From the NCBI RefSeq assembly GCF_009914755.1, contig NC_060934.1: 64,000 nucleotides of DNA; one strand, written 5' to 3'. A program made the translations under genes and the position numbers. Below are positions 31,126 to 52,855 of the stretch, piece after piece. The notes beneath the pieces were generated by a model, which worked only from the letters and a program-made list of their open reading frames with translations, had not been told where the DNA came from and ran no database searches. Position 1 is the first letter of the stretch. The number at the start of each line of letters is the position of its first letter. This DNA is from the human T2T-CHM13v2.0 reference genome, Homo sapiens.

Positions 31126-31811
31126 TTCAATATTTATGTGGTAATCAAAATTGGATGTTTTTAGAAGCTAGCGTAGTTGCAGGGTGGTGGAGGGGCAGTG
31201 GGCAGAGGATTTAGCTGGTATAGAAAAAGATCTTGTTTCTTCGGGGCAATAGCAGGCATCATTCCACAAAAAAACTTAGCATGTTTTCTAGTTTTCTAAG
31301 AGACCTATAGGTGACAAAGGGAAGAATAGGGGCCTAGGTGAAATATAAGTGTCTTCTCCAGGCGGGAACTATTGTAACTATTCCTGAAGATAAATAAGCA
31401 TAACATATGACTCCCAGTGCTTATGTCAGATCACAGGTTTACCCAGTGAATGCTAAGTGGTTGTAGAGAACAGAAGGTAGCATATATGAGAGATGGGGAG
31501 GCGGGGAATGAAAAAAAGGTAAAAAGAGATTGAGTTATTTTTCACTGGTTGTATACATGATTTGATGGAGAGTGTATAGGGAAGAGGGTAATGAGGGTGC
31601 AATGGAATCTCACTTAGCAAGGAAAGAGAATGCACAATTGATAAACACAATCAACTGATGAATCTCTAAGATTCCATTTATATGACATTCTCAGAAAGAG
31701 AACACAGCAGTGATAGAAAGCAGATTAGTGATTGCCAGGGAGTAGGAAAAGAAGTATGACTGGGGATAGCATAAGGGAGATCTTCCTGGTGATGAAACTA
31801 AAGGCATCCTG

Positions 31812-31826
31812 ATATATATATATATA

Positions 31827-31915
<89 letters not shown>

Positions 31916-31980
31916 GTGTGTGTATATATATATGTATATATGTGTATATATATGTATCTTATATATGTTACATATATATG
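31812..31980. repeat. Compound (TA)n/(TG)n microsatellite
   Basis: Seen directly. Confidence 0.95.
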
Positions 31981-33438
31981 TAAAAATTATATAAAAATAT
32001 GTTAAAAATGTATAAACTGTACACCAAATTTTTAAAAGTCAGTTTTACTGTATAATGTTTTTAGTTTAAAAATTAGAAAAAATACTTAAAGAGGAAAAGG
32101 CATCAATGGATTAAATTCACAAAATGGAAACAAAAGGCAACATGTGACTCTTATTTGGATCTTAAGCACAAAACTATGGGAGAGAAAAGCATGAGGTAGT
32201 TTAAAAAATTTGAACGATAATTGGTTATTTGATGATATTAAATGTTAAAAATATTTTAGTAATAATATTTCAGAAGTATAGTTGTGTTGTTTTAAGAAAT
32301 CCTTTTAGAGATGTATGGTGAAATATTTACAAAAGAAAATATATATTTTAGATTTGCTTCAAAATAATTCAGTGCAGGGGAGAAAGTTTGAGGTATAGAT
32401 TAAACAAAATTAGCCATGAATTGATGACTGCTGAAGGTAGCTGATAAGTAGGTTGGGATTCATTGTATTATTTTTCTCTACTTTGTACCTCTGTTAAATT
32501 TTCCATAATCAAAAGTTAAAGAATAAACATTTTAAAAAATTAAAAACATTTACAGTAGCATCAGAAGTATGAAATACCTTGAAATAAACCTAGCAAAAAA
32601 TGTGTCAAACCTGTGTATTAAAATACTATTTTGAAACATTAAAACAATCAAACTGTGAGGAGAACTATAGATGTTCATGATTGAAGACTTGGTATTGTTG
32701 ATATCAGTTTTACCCAAATTGAACTATACAATTAATACAATCCCAATTAAAATCCTTTTTTGTAAAAAAGTTATAAGTTGAATCTAAATTTTATATAGAA
32801 TTGCTAGTGGTAAAAAATAGTGAAGAAAATTGTTTTCAAAAGTATTAATATTGGAGGATTTACCCTATTAAATATCAAGAATTATAAAATTACAGTACTT
32901 AAGACAGTGAAAGATTTTTGCAAGGATAGAAAAATATGCTAACGAAATAAACTAGAGAGTCTAGAAGCAGAGTCATACATGTATGGTCATCTGATTTGAT
33001 AAAATGACAGTGCCATATGGGGAAAACTTTGGGGTTTACAATAAAACAACTAGAGATTACATACATTATGTATATCTTATATCCTGTTTTGTACACTATA
33101 ACAATAATTCAGGTGAAGTGCTGATCTTAATGTAAAAGGCAAAACAATAAAGCTTCTAGAGGAAAACATAATATTTTCAAGAACTTAGAGTAAGCAAAGA
33201 TTTCTTAAACAGAGCACACAAAGCATGATCCTAAAGGAAAAGGCTGGTAAATTGAATTATATTAAAATCAGGAACTTCAAAGGGATTGTAATATACAAAG
33301 AATTTCTACAAATTGATTTTAAAAATACAGACAAGCAAATTTAGAAATGGGCAAAAGACTTGAATAGGTACTTTGCAAGAGAAGAAATTCAAATCTCTCT
33401 GATAAACAGAAAAAGATGTTCAACCTCATTAGCCATCA

Positions 33439-33753
<315 letters not shown>

Positions 33754-34004
33754 CTAACATACATACTAGAATGGCCCAAAGAAAAATGATTGACAATACA
33801 AACTTGGTCAACATACAGAAAAACAAAACTCTTAAACACTGCTGTAAAATGGCACAATCATTTGGAGAGTGGCCTGGAAATATCTACTAAAGCTAAACAT
33901 ATATCTACTATGTGACTTAGCAATTAAATTCCTAGGAATATACAGAATGTTCAGAGCAACATTATTCACAATATCCCAAAATGGAAATAAACCAAATGTT
34001 ATCA

Positions 34005-35196
<1,192 letters not shown>

Positions 35197-36235
35197 AGAC
35201 TGCTGAAGGAGGGGATCTTGGTGATGCCAAACATGCTCTCGGGACAAGACAGATCAGTGATTCAAAGCCCGGCTGAGCCATGACAGAGTAAGAAACATGG
35301 AGGCCTTCAACAGGTGTCTCAGAATAACTTACGGCAGTCGCTAGAGATTAGATACCTGAAGTTAGGTGAGATAGGATTAGACAATGATAATTTGAGAAAT
35401 CAATAAATATGAAGCTTTAAAAATTCTTTAAAAATTCAGAGGAAACACTCAGTAAATCTGCCTACATAATAATTATTATATCAAAGATATTTAAAATAAG
35501 AAGAAAGTAAATACCAGGAATACGTCTCCTACTTTCCATGTATTCCTTTGACTGCATTATTTGTTCATTCTGCAATGGTCCAGAAATATCAGTTTTTGTC
35601 ACTGACATAAGAACGGAGAAGACAGAGAGGAGGGAAGGAAAAGAAGAGCTCATTAGTGAAGAGGAGAGAATACATGAGGGAAATGATGAAGAAAGGGGAA
35701 AGCTATGGTTGTACAGAGAGAAAACAGGAATTAAGGATGCTAAGTGCACAGCTTCCCTTCACCTGAGTGAACTAGTTGGTACTATTGAACATATATCTGG
35801 TACCTCATTCTTTGCAAGAAGTTCTGGAAGCTTCAGAAAGCTCCTCTAAAGATAGTGTCAGAAAGGAGTGAGGGGCTGGAGATAAAGGAAGAAATGGGAA
35901 CAGCTTTAAAAATCATAGCAGTTTCCAAGTCATATCAAATAATTTTTTAAGCAACAAAATTACTCTCTCTACTAGTAGATTGAATCAAATGAAAGCTACT
36001 TTGGAATAAATTTGATGTTGCTCAATGGACTATTGCTAACTCCAAAGATAACAGCACTCTCCCTAGATGATCTTACACTTTTCATGCTTCAGTTGTCACA
36101 TATGAGAAAAAGTTGAGTTTGTCATAATGCTTTCGGGCCTGGAAACCTCTTAAGCCAGATCAACCTCAATAATTAGGTCAGCATCACCCAATCTGCATGT
36201 ACAATCTGCATGTGGATATTTTTTTCAAGCTGGTA

Positions 36236-37040
36236 TTTTTTTTTCAATTTGAAAGCAGTCATTGTCTATTAACTGATGAGATTACAACAATAATCATGGT
36301 AGATACCTTGTTTTATCTTTCTAATAAGCCTATTGATCTAGCCTTCCCTGTTGCTGGCATTTTCACCTACAAATGGGTGGCCTTTTTCTTTATTCTGTGG
36401 AGAAGATAACTTGAAGGGCATAAGAAGTTATTTGCTTCTTTGAAGTATTTTCCAGCTGTATAGATCTCATGAATCAGATTCTTCATGCAGATGATACCAG
36501 ATTTATCAAGAGATCAAGAAATCAAAGTGTTATCTATCAAGGCAATTCACTTCTTACTGATTTTGCCATAACCATGCTTATATATTAGTTTATTTTCTGA
36601 CTTCAGGTTCGGGTACCCCCCTGCAATATGTGGTTCTAAAGCCTCAGCATATTCATTGAGGCCTTGAGCTTAACAAAGTTTCTGTTGAAAATCTGGCAAA
36701 GGCAAAAGAGTTGCAACACCTTTTGGACTCACACCATTGATACCTCTGACCCTGATGACAAATGCCAATTTGGGTTCTGCCAGTATATAGCAGTTGCCAG
36801 CTTTTTTTGCCAGCCTAGCCATTTGAATCTCAGTTATGGGCATCTGCCTATAGTCCTTGTGATAGTGCTTAGCTTTTTCATAGATAAGCTTCCTCCTTGC
36901 CTTTTGAAGCATATTTTCCTTCTTAGGCATTTTGATCTTCAGCTCTGTGAAATTCTTTTGCTCTTTCTTAAAAGTTTCTGGCACAGCAGGAACCTTCTTT
37001 TTCTTCTCTTCAGCACCCTTCATGGTTCCAGCCAGAAAAG
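36236..37040 (-). pseudogene. RPL7P34: Processed pseudogene of ribosomal protein L7
   Basis: Intronless; 5' CTTTTCTGGCTGGAACCATG (ATG at 37023); [20 protein letters not shown]...[17 protein letters not shown]; frameshifts and stops; RPL7-like 3'UTR and short poly(A). The pseudogene number is from memory of the locus. Confidence 0.93.
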
Positions 37041-37220
37041 ACATCAAACTGTTTTGTACTTCAGGATTTTAATTTATTTTTGTTAACTATGCGTACATAT
37101 TAGGAAGAAGAAAATAATTGCCTTTGCTGATACTTGCTTTCTGTTGGTACTGGTATTCTGTGGTATGATAGGAAGTGCGCAGATTTATGAACTGATTGGC
37201 ATATATTAATGATATAACCC

Positions 37221-37314
37221 GGGCAACCCGCTTGGGTCCCCTTCCACGCTGTGGAAGCTTTGTTCTTTCACTCTTCACAATAAACCTTGCTACTGCTAAA
37301 AAAAAAAAAAAAAA
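37221..37314 (+). mobile_element. Short LTR12-family fragment ending at its poly(A) site, followed by A17
   Basis: GGCAACCCGCTTGGGTCCCCTTCCACGCTGTGGAAGCTTTGTTCTTTC...AATAAA (37279-37284)...TGCT-A17. Confidence 0.8.
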
Positions 37315-37538
37315 GCTGTAACCCACACATTAACCAGCTGTATGGTCTGGGCAAGTCACTTCGCATCACCTAGACTCCATTTACTTTTCTATAATATGAG
37401 TACATTGGTATAGATAGTATCTAAAGTTTTTTTTCTTCTAATTCATACATATAAAAGTTTTGATTTTATAATTGCCAAATAATAGAAAAAATAATTGCTA
37501 AAAATTGATGTTTATGCAGTAGAAAAATCCCCCTCTTG

Positions 37539-37539
<1 letters not shown>

Positions 37540-37571
<32 letters not shown>
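37540..37571. repeat. (CA)n microsatellite
   Basis: Seen directly. Confidence 0.95.
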
Positions 37572-37574
<3 letters not shown>

Positions 37575-37779
37575 CCCTTTTGTCTGGTTGCTGGCAAGCT
37601 TTGATCCCTAAGAATTGGTTATGGCTTTGGCCCCATGGCCTACAGCAGGAACAGAGAAGGAGTGGGGGTTGATGATTGCCTTGTCCATGAGTTACTGTTA
37701 AATTCATTATTTTTATTGGGTTTTTTTTTCTATTTCTGGGGTCCTTAAAACCTTTCCTCTTGAATTCTAAAAAGAGTAT

Positions 37780-39790
37780 ATATGTAATATCAATTTTGGA
37801 ATGTTTTAAAATAAACTTTGACACATACATCACACAAACATGAAGCAAAAATGGATTGCAGAGCCAAAAATCTAAATGTAAACCCCAAAGCATAAAACTT
37901 CTATAGAAAACATGGGAGAAAATCTTTGTGATCTTGAGTCAGGCAAAGATTATTTAGATAAGATACAAAAAGCACGATCTATGAAAGAAAAGAAAGGATA
38001 AATTAGATTTAAAAAAATTAAAAACTTCTGCATTTTGAAAAGACACTAAAAAAATAAAAAAACAAGCAACAAACTTGGAGAAATATTTGCACAATTTATC
38101 ATTAAAAGACCCCCAAACCTCAGCAATTTAAAGAAACAAACAACTAATTAAAAATGAGACATTCTTTAACAAATGCATAACCTCATTTGAATTATGGGAA
38201 AACTTTTTTTTTGTTAAATTGAGGGACCTTCGGCAAAATAACTGAAGTGTTATTTAAAACTGTGAAAATTATGAAAAACAAGGAAAGAACGAGGAGCTAT
38301 TACAGACTGAAAAGTACTAAAGAGGAAAAAATAATTAAATGTAATGTGGAATCCAAAATAGGATTCTGGAACAGATAAACAACATTCCAATAGGAAGATT
38401 AGAAAAGTTCAAATAAGGAGTATAGCTTAGTTAATGATCCTGTACCAATGACAATTTCTTGTTCTGGATAATTATATTATTATGATTATGAAAGATGTTA
38501 ATAGAAGTGAGATCAAAGATAACAGAAAACTCAACTATTTTTGCAACTTTTCTGTGGCTCAAAATTAAAATTTTAAATTCTAAAAATGGGAAAGATTTAA
38601 CCAAATACTTTACTAAAGAAGATATATAGATGGGAAAGGACTACACAAAAGGATGCTCAACATCATTAATCATGTGGGGAAGGACCTCACCAGTACTACC
38701 ACACACCTGTTAGAATGGCTGAAAAAAAATAACCTCACAATACCAAGTGTTAGTAAGAATGCATAGCAGCTGGAGCTCTCTTACATTCCTGGTTTGGATG
38801 ACCAAATAGTACAAGTTCTTTGGATAACTGTTGAGTAGTTTCTTACAAAGTTAAAAACACACTTATCCTATATCTTAGTCGGCTCAGGCTGCAATAAAAG
38901 ATACTATAAACTGAGTGGCTTAAACAGTAGAATTTATTTCTCACAGTTCTAGAGGCTGGGAAGTCCAAGATTCAGGCACTGGCAGATCCAGGGTCTGGTG
39001 TGGGCCCACTTCATGGTTTCCTCTTGGGCATTTTCTTACTGTGTCCTCGCATGGTGGAGAGCAGAAAGAGACCATTTTTCTCATGTCTCTTCTTAATGGG
39101 CAGTAATCCATTCCTGAAGATTCTACTCTCATGACCTAATTACCTTACAAACGCCCCATGTCCAAATAGTGTCACATGGAGTATTCAGGCTTCAACTTAT
39201 GAATTTTTGGGGAATGCAAACGTTCAATTCATAGCGCCATATGATGCAACAATCATATACACACAAAAATAATGAAAATTTAAATTTACACAAACTCCTG
39301 TAGGCAAATGTTTATAGCAGCTTTCTTTATAATTGCCAAAACTAGGGGGTGAGAAGAACCTAATACATTTCAACTGGTGAGTGATAAACAGAGTGTGGTA
39401 CATCCATACAATGAAATACTAGTTACCAATAAAAGGGAATGGAGTCTTGATAGATGCAATAACATGGGCAAATCTCAAATGCATTATGCTGAGTGAAAAG
39501 AGCTAGACTCAAGGGGCTACATACTGCATGATTCCATTTATATAACATTCTGGAAAAGGCAAAATGATAGAACAGAAAAAAGTTCAATTGTTACCAGAGG
39601 CTAGAGATAAGAAGAGATCTGGTTGAAAATGGGCAAAAGAGAATTTCTTGTGGCAAAGTAACTCTTACATTTTTTGACTTTGTTAATAATTTACACAATT
39701 GTACATTTGTAAAAACTTATAGAACTGTACCCTTAGAAAATTAGTAAATTTTACTATATGAATTTTATTCATCAATAAGCCTGACCTAAA
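37780..39790 (+). mobile_element. Old L1M 3' region with nested insertions
   Basis: GGCAAAGATT..TTAGA, CAAATGTTTATAGCAGCTTT, ATGATTCCATTTATATAACATTCTGGAAAAGGCAAA. Confidence 0.75.
38871..39236 (-). mobile_element. MLT1/MST-type MaLR solo LTR
   Basis: GTGGCTTAAACA..AGAATTTATTTCTCACAGTTCTAGAGGCTGGGAAGTCCAAGAT. Confidence 0.85.
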
Positions 39791-40081
39791 AAAAAAGTAT
39801 TAGGAGGAGAACAGGGTGTTGCTGTTTTAGATAGGGTGGTAAGAGACGGCCTCACTAACACAATGATATTTGACCTAAGGAAAAGTCAGTGTTCCGCTAT
39901 TTTCTTTTGAATATGGTTTCTGGAGAGAGCAGAGGTAAACATGTATGCTCCACTATATTTCAGCCTTGATTCTTATTTCTTGGTCAGAAAGAATTATCAC
40001 TGTTTAAAGGTAACCATTATCTTATGAGTAATTAAGAAGAATCCGAGTAAGAGAGAGTCGGGGATGCATCTGGATATAGTA

Positions 40082-40490
40082 CTACCTATTGGTGCCCTGC
40101 TCAGACCCAGTTTAACAGGCTGGTGCAGCCAGCTTTCAGCAGCTTCGAGTGTTGACTGCTAAGAAATCACAGCTGTATGCTCCTCCTGAGCTCACCCTTG
40201 GCTGATAGAAAGCACGTTACCTCTGTAATGTCTGACAGTTTATTATCTTCTCACAGGGCAGCTCACAATAGTTGACTGACTGATTTTGGACTACAAAAAC
40301 TGGACTTTTCTCCAGGTGTAACACTCATACTTCAGAGCTCCCTGTGGGATTCCACTAAGACTTAGCTTCTTCCCCTTCTTTATCCTTCTCCCTTGTTTCC
40401 TTACAGATTTTACCGTGAGCACTCCCTCAGCAAATCAGTTAGTAAGAACCCCTGTCTCAAGCTCTGTTTTCTAAAGAACCCCACCTAAAG
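40082..40490 (+). mobile_element. LTR16-like ERVL LTR relic
   Basis: Ends ...AAGAACCCCTGTCTCAAGCTCTGTTTTCTAAAGAACCCCACCTAA. Confidence 0.55.
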
Positions 40491-40529
40491 TACTGACGGA
40501 AAATATTTTAAGCAGAGGAAACAATTAAG

Positions 40530-40708
40530 GCAGTTCTGAAACTTTAGCCTGCATCTCAGTTATCTGGAGAGCTTGATAAACAGAGATTTCCAGGCTCCAT
40601 CCCCAAAATAACTAATTCAGTAGATCTCAGGTGGGCTCGAGAATTTGCATTTCTAATAAGTTCCCAGATGATTCTGACAGTACTGACCCAGGGACCAGAC
40701 TTTGAAAA
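40530..40708. mobile_element. MER5A-like MITE
   Basis: GAGAATTTGCATTTCTAATAAGTTCCCAGATGATTCTGA...GACCAGACTTTGA. Confidence 0.8.
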
Positions 40709-43700
40709 GGCTTAAGTGGGACAAAGCACTAAGGGGAGGATGCTAAGTGGCCAGTGTGGCTCTAGAAGCCTGACTAAGGAGGGAGGAGTCAGAGGTGAAA
40801 TCAGAGAGGGAACTAGAGGCAACACAGTGCAGGATAATTCAGTTTATTAGAAAGCACTATGGACTTTACTCTGTGTGAGATGGAGAGCTTAGAGCAAAGA
40901 GGGACATGAAGTGTTTACATTTTTAACATGGTCACCCTGATGGCTGCATTGACAGAGAAAAATGGTGGAAACAAGGAGATCTGTTAAGAGGCCATTTTGT
41001 ACTAATCCAGATGAGAGCTGATGGTGGCTTAGATCATGATTCAAATTTTTAAATTATGTAAATATGTAGCTTTGATAAAAATTAAAAGAATATTGAGATA
41101 ATATCAACAATTCTCTTTAACTTTTCAGATATTGTCCATCTACATTGGAAACCATTCTATACTTCTAAGTGTCCAATGTGGCTCTTCAGCAAATCCTGGC
41201 CAATTATAAAGCAATCTGTATGTTTTCTGACTAGTCTGATTTGGTTGTTGGAGGTACTGAAATAATTGTAAGTAAAATACAGTTTTTACATTCTTGAGAA
41301 AACTGTATTTAGATATTTGTCATACATCAAGTTACTGAATTTCCCATCCCCAAATTACATCGACCACACTGCTACATGGGCATGTGATAATAAGTAGAAG
41401 CAGAGGTGAAATGTGCTGGCATTTGGCTTTCTCACCAGCTGAGTGTCCTGTCAGCTCATGGGTAACTGAGCACATTTCCCACTTTCAAATTATGCATTTG
41501 CACATATTCAAGTGTATTGCAGAGTCACTATAAATTGGTGAAACTATAATAAAATCTAAATTTCAAAATTTGATTATAATAGAATATGAATCAAGTGGTT
41601 CAGTCCCAGAGAGGTATTCCAGTTAAAAGAAGACACAGTGCAGATTTCAAATTAATAACATCCTTTACTTGTATTTTCCCAAACACCATGAGGGAAAAAT
41701 AAGTCTCCCACAAAATGCTTTTTACCTGTTTTGTGCCGTCCTCTCCTTGATCTAATGGCTATATAGCACCGTTGTTCCTTTCAAAAACATTTACAAACTA
41801 CTACTCCTGGGATTATTTTTTGTTCATTTTTTCCTTGTCATTTTCTCTAAATCTTCATTATGATACAAATCTTTTGTCCCAGGATAGTAAGGCAGGGTCC
41901 CTTATCCTGAAAATAGATTGAATTGTCTTTATGATTCTGTAGAAAGAGCTGGAGGGATGGTAACATTCTTGAATTAATTATCTTATAAAATTAGTTACAT
42001 GTGTTGTGAAAACATGTGATCACTTAGTAAGTAATTTCACTAAATCCCAACTTGAAACAAATGTATTTATACATGTCCACTATCTTATCTATGCCATCAA
42101 GAGACCTACTTAAGAGCCACATGTTTAAAAAATAAATTCCATTTATGCCTAATAACACCTTGACTTTCAGCGTGTGTATAAGTCATAAAACTACCCTTCT
42201 GCCATGCTCCCATCATATACCTCGCCAAGAGATAAAACACAGGCCTGCCTTGGCCAGAGAATTTCTAGGATGTCTGGTATGGAATAGCAAGGGGAACATA
42301 GTAGAATGTGGAAGTCAGGTAGTAGCAGGAGGTCAGGAGGCATGGGGCCTTATATTGTTAGAATTTAAATCTTTATATGAAGTGAAATGAGGAGTCATTG
42401 CAGTGATTTAGCAGAGAGGGACACGGCCTGACTAATAATGCCTTAAAAAGAATGAGATATGTTGCATTAGAATGGACTGGAGGAGAAACAAGTGAGAGCA
42501 GAGAGACCAATTAAGAGAATGTTGTGATGGTAATCTACAGGAGACATGGTATGGGAGGCCAAGGTCATAGCAGTGAAGGTATAAAATATAGATGGTTGGC
42601 AGATATATTATTAATGCAACGCCCATATGATTTCCTGACTGAAAATGGGATGTGAGAGCAGAAGGAAAGTACAACTCCAGAGTTTTTTTCCTGAGGGACA
42701 GAAAGAAAGATTTCATAGAGGAAATGACAATTTCATGCCTAGGGAGAAGCAGGAGCTCATTAAAGAGGTGAGAAAGAGCCCAATGCTCTGAGGTGTGATT
42801 AGTTCAGGAGAACCTGATAATGAGGACTTCTTAAATGGAGGTGCTAATATCCCATAAATCATACTGACAGGAGGGAGGAAGTATCTGAAGTCACCGGATA
42901 AACAGAGATCTTCCTTATACATCCATCTTACTTAAATGGTAAATTATTAAAATTTTTGTTTTATTGTGTACATTTATGAACTACAATACAAATCATACAA
43001 GTGTTAAAGTTAAATCAAGAGACTCCAAACAGCTTCTCAAATGAGATGTCCCATCTGAGTGTGTCAGGGTTAAGAAAGCATTCTCCTATGAATAATGCTT
43101 GAAGCAATCTGAAGGACAAGAATTACCTTTTAAGCCCTTAGGTTAATATTAAAACTGTCAGGTTTTCAGCCAAGCAGTTTGGAGCTAAACTCAAGAACCA
43201 TTTAGGGGTTTGAAAATAGATTTCCTGCTAGCCTCTTACATACTTCTTTCTCAGTTGATGGTCATATGCTAGTTTCTTGTGAAATAGAAAATAGAAATGT
43301 CAAGTTAAGGAGAGTAAGAACATGAAAATGTCAAGTTAAGGTGATTAATTGTAGTGTGTGCTCCTCTTCACTGATATTTAGAGATTCATGAATCAGATAA
43401 CTCTTTGGGGGCTTTGTAACTTCAGATTAGAGGCCTTGGCTACTTTTTCTCCATTGTCCATTTATCCCAGAAACATCAATTCTCTCCTCCATAGTGGCTT
43501 TTCCCCTTAAAATAGATGAGTATATAGAGGATTCCTTACTCGCATTAGAGGTAGATCTCAACACAGGTATAAGTGACATCTCTGGACATTTCATAAGGTT
43601 AGTATATTTTGTTAGTTTTTATGTGAATAATATTTCCATAAATACTAAAAAAGTGAAATAAATAATTATGTGAACATTTATGTCCCAAATTTCCTGACTT

Positions 43701-46510
43701 TGCTATATGTCATTCTGTTTTAGTGACAAAAAAATTCTAAAAATCACGTAGAATTTACATGTTAGTGAAATGAATATGTAGAGTAAAATGAAAAATGGAT
43801 AATTTTCCAGCAATCTCCAGTTAGTCTGAAAGAGGCAGCTGAATACAGTAAGAGGGGCAATGGCCTGAGTCAGGAAAATTAGTTTTAGTCCTGTGCAAGT
43901 AACTAGGTTTCTTCTGTTCTCTCATGAATTATCTATTCCTAGGACTGTAGAAACCATGATCTTTATTTAGTACTATATTTTGTTACCCAAGTTCTCTATA
44001 TTTTAGTCTCAGTCTGATACTCTAATTAGAGGCTAGAGTGTATGCCAAAACAAGTATTTTATGAGTCATTGATAGAGTTATATAGGGGCTCATGGATATA
44101 GTCATTGAAGTAGCATTTGTTGTGTGTCTTGTATTTCTAGAATAATTCAAACGCTTTTGAGGAAGACATGAATTTTCTTGAAACAATGCCTTTTTTGAGT
44201 GATATAATTTAAGAAAACATAGTAAACAATGGATATATTTTACAATCAGTGGCTTTTTCTAAATATTTATATGATATAATCAATTACATTTGTTAACATG
44301 ACTGTCTCTTATAAGGATATGTACTCCTTAGAACAGAAAGTATCTCATCTAAGATGCTCTAAAATTGAGCATGCATTAGCTATCTGTCCTAATGCTCTCC
44401 CTCCCTGTGCGCCCTACCCCCTGACAGGCCCAGGTTTGTGTTGTTCCCCTCCCTGTGTCCATGTGTTCCTATAGTTCAACCCCCACTTAAGAGTGAGAAC
44501 ATGTGGTGCTTGCTTTTCTGTTCCTGTGTTAGCTTGCTGAGGATGATGGCTTCCAGCTTCATCCATGTCCCTGAAATGATATGATCTCATTGTTTTTTAT
44601 GACTGCATAGTATTCCATGGTGTATATGTAGTACATTTTCTTTATCCAGTCTATCATTGATGGGCATTTGGGTTGGTTCCATGTCTTTGCTATTGTAAAT
44701 AGTGCTGCAATAAACATACATGTGCATGTGTCTTTATAGTAGAATGATTTATATTCCTTTGGGTATATACCCAGTAATGCGATTGTTGGATCAAATGGTA
44801 TTTCTGGTTCTAGATCCTTGAGGAATCACCACACTGTCTTCCACAATGGTTGAACTAATTTACATTCCCACCAACAGTGTAAAAGCATTCCTATTTCTCC
44901 ACAGCCTCTCCAGCATCTATTGTTTCTTGACTTTAATAATCACCATTCTGACTGGCATGAGATGGTATCTCATTGTGGTTTTGATTTGCATTTCTCTAAT
45001 AATCAGTAATGGTGAACTTTTTTCATAACGTTTGTTGGCCACATAAATGTCTTCTTTTGAGAAGTGTTTGTTCATATCCTTTGTCCACTTTTTGATGGGG
45101 TTGTTTGCTTGTTTGTTTGTAAATTTGTTCAAGTTCCTTCTAGGTTCTTGATATTAGACCTTTACCAGATTAGTAGATTGCAAAATTTTTCTCCCATTCT
45201 GTAGGTTGCATGTTCACTCTGATGATAGTTGCTTTTGCTCTGCAGAAGCTCTTCAGTTTAATTAGATCCCATTTGTCAATTATGGCTTTTGTTGCAATGC
45301 TTTTGGAATTTTCATCATGAGATCTTTGCACATGCCTATGTCCTGAATGGTATTGCCTAGGTTTTCTTCTAGAGTTTTTATGGTTTTGGGTTTTACATTT
45401 AAGTCTTTAAGCCACCTTGAGTTAATTTTTGTGTAAGGTGTAAGGAAGGGGTCCAGTTTCAATTTTCTCCGTATGGCTGGTCAGTTTTCCCAGCACCATT
45501 TATTGAATAGGAGATCCTTTCCCCATTGCTTGTTTTTGTCAGGTTTGTCGAAGATCAGATGGTTGTAGATGTGTATTGTTATTTCTGAAGTCTCTGTTCT
45601 GTTCCATTGGTCTATATGTCTGTTTTGGTAACAGTACCATGCTGTTTTTGTTACTGTAGTCTTGTTGTATAGTTTGTACACGTTACTGTAGCCTTGTTGT
45701 ATAGTTTGAAGTCAGGTAGCGTGATGCCTCCACTTTGTTCTTTTTGCTTAGGATTTTCTTGGCTATATGGGGTCTTCTTTGATTCCATATGAAATTTAAA
45801 GTAGTTTTTTCTACTTCTGTGAAGAATGTCAATGGTAGTTTGATGGGAATAGCACTGCATCTATAAATTACCTTGGGAAATATGGCCATTTTCATGATAT
45901 TGATTCTTCTGATCCATGAGGATAGAATGTTTTTTCCATTTGTTGGTACCCTCTTTTATTTCCTTGAGCAGTGGTTTGTAGTTCTCCTTGAAGAGGTCCT
46001 TCACATTACTTGTTAGCTGTATTCCTAGGTGTTTTATTCTCTTTGTAGCAATTGTGAATGGGAGTTCATTCACGATTTGGCTCTGGTATAAAGGAATGCT
46101 TGTGATTTTTGCACATTTATTTTGTATCCTGAGACTTTGATGAAGTTGCTTATCAGCCTAAGGAGTTTTTGGGCTGAGATGATGGGGTTTTCTAAATACA
46201 GAATTATGTTGTCTGCCAAAAGAGACAATTAGACTTCCTCTGTCCCTATTTGAATACCCTTCATTTCTTTTGCTTGCCTGATTGCCCTGGCCAGAACTTC
46301 CAATACTATGTTGAATAGGAGTAGTGTGAGAGGGTATCCTTGTCTTCTGCCAGTTTTCAAAGGGAATGTTTCCAGCTTTTGCCCATTCAATATGATATTG
46401 GCAGTGGGTTTGTCATAAATAGCTCTTATCATTTTGAGATATGGTCCATCAATACCTAGTATATTGAAAGTTTTTTACCATGAAGCGATGTTGAATTTTA
46501 TCAAAGGCCT

Positions 46511-52855
<6,345 letters not shown>

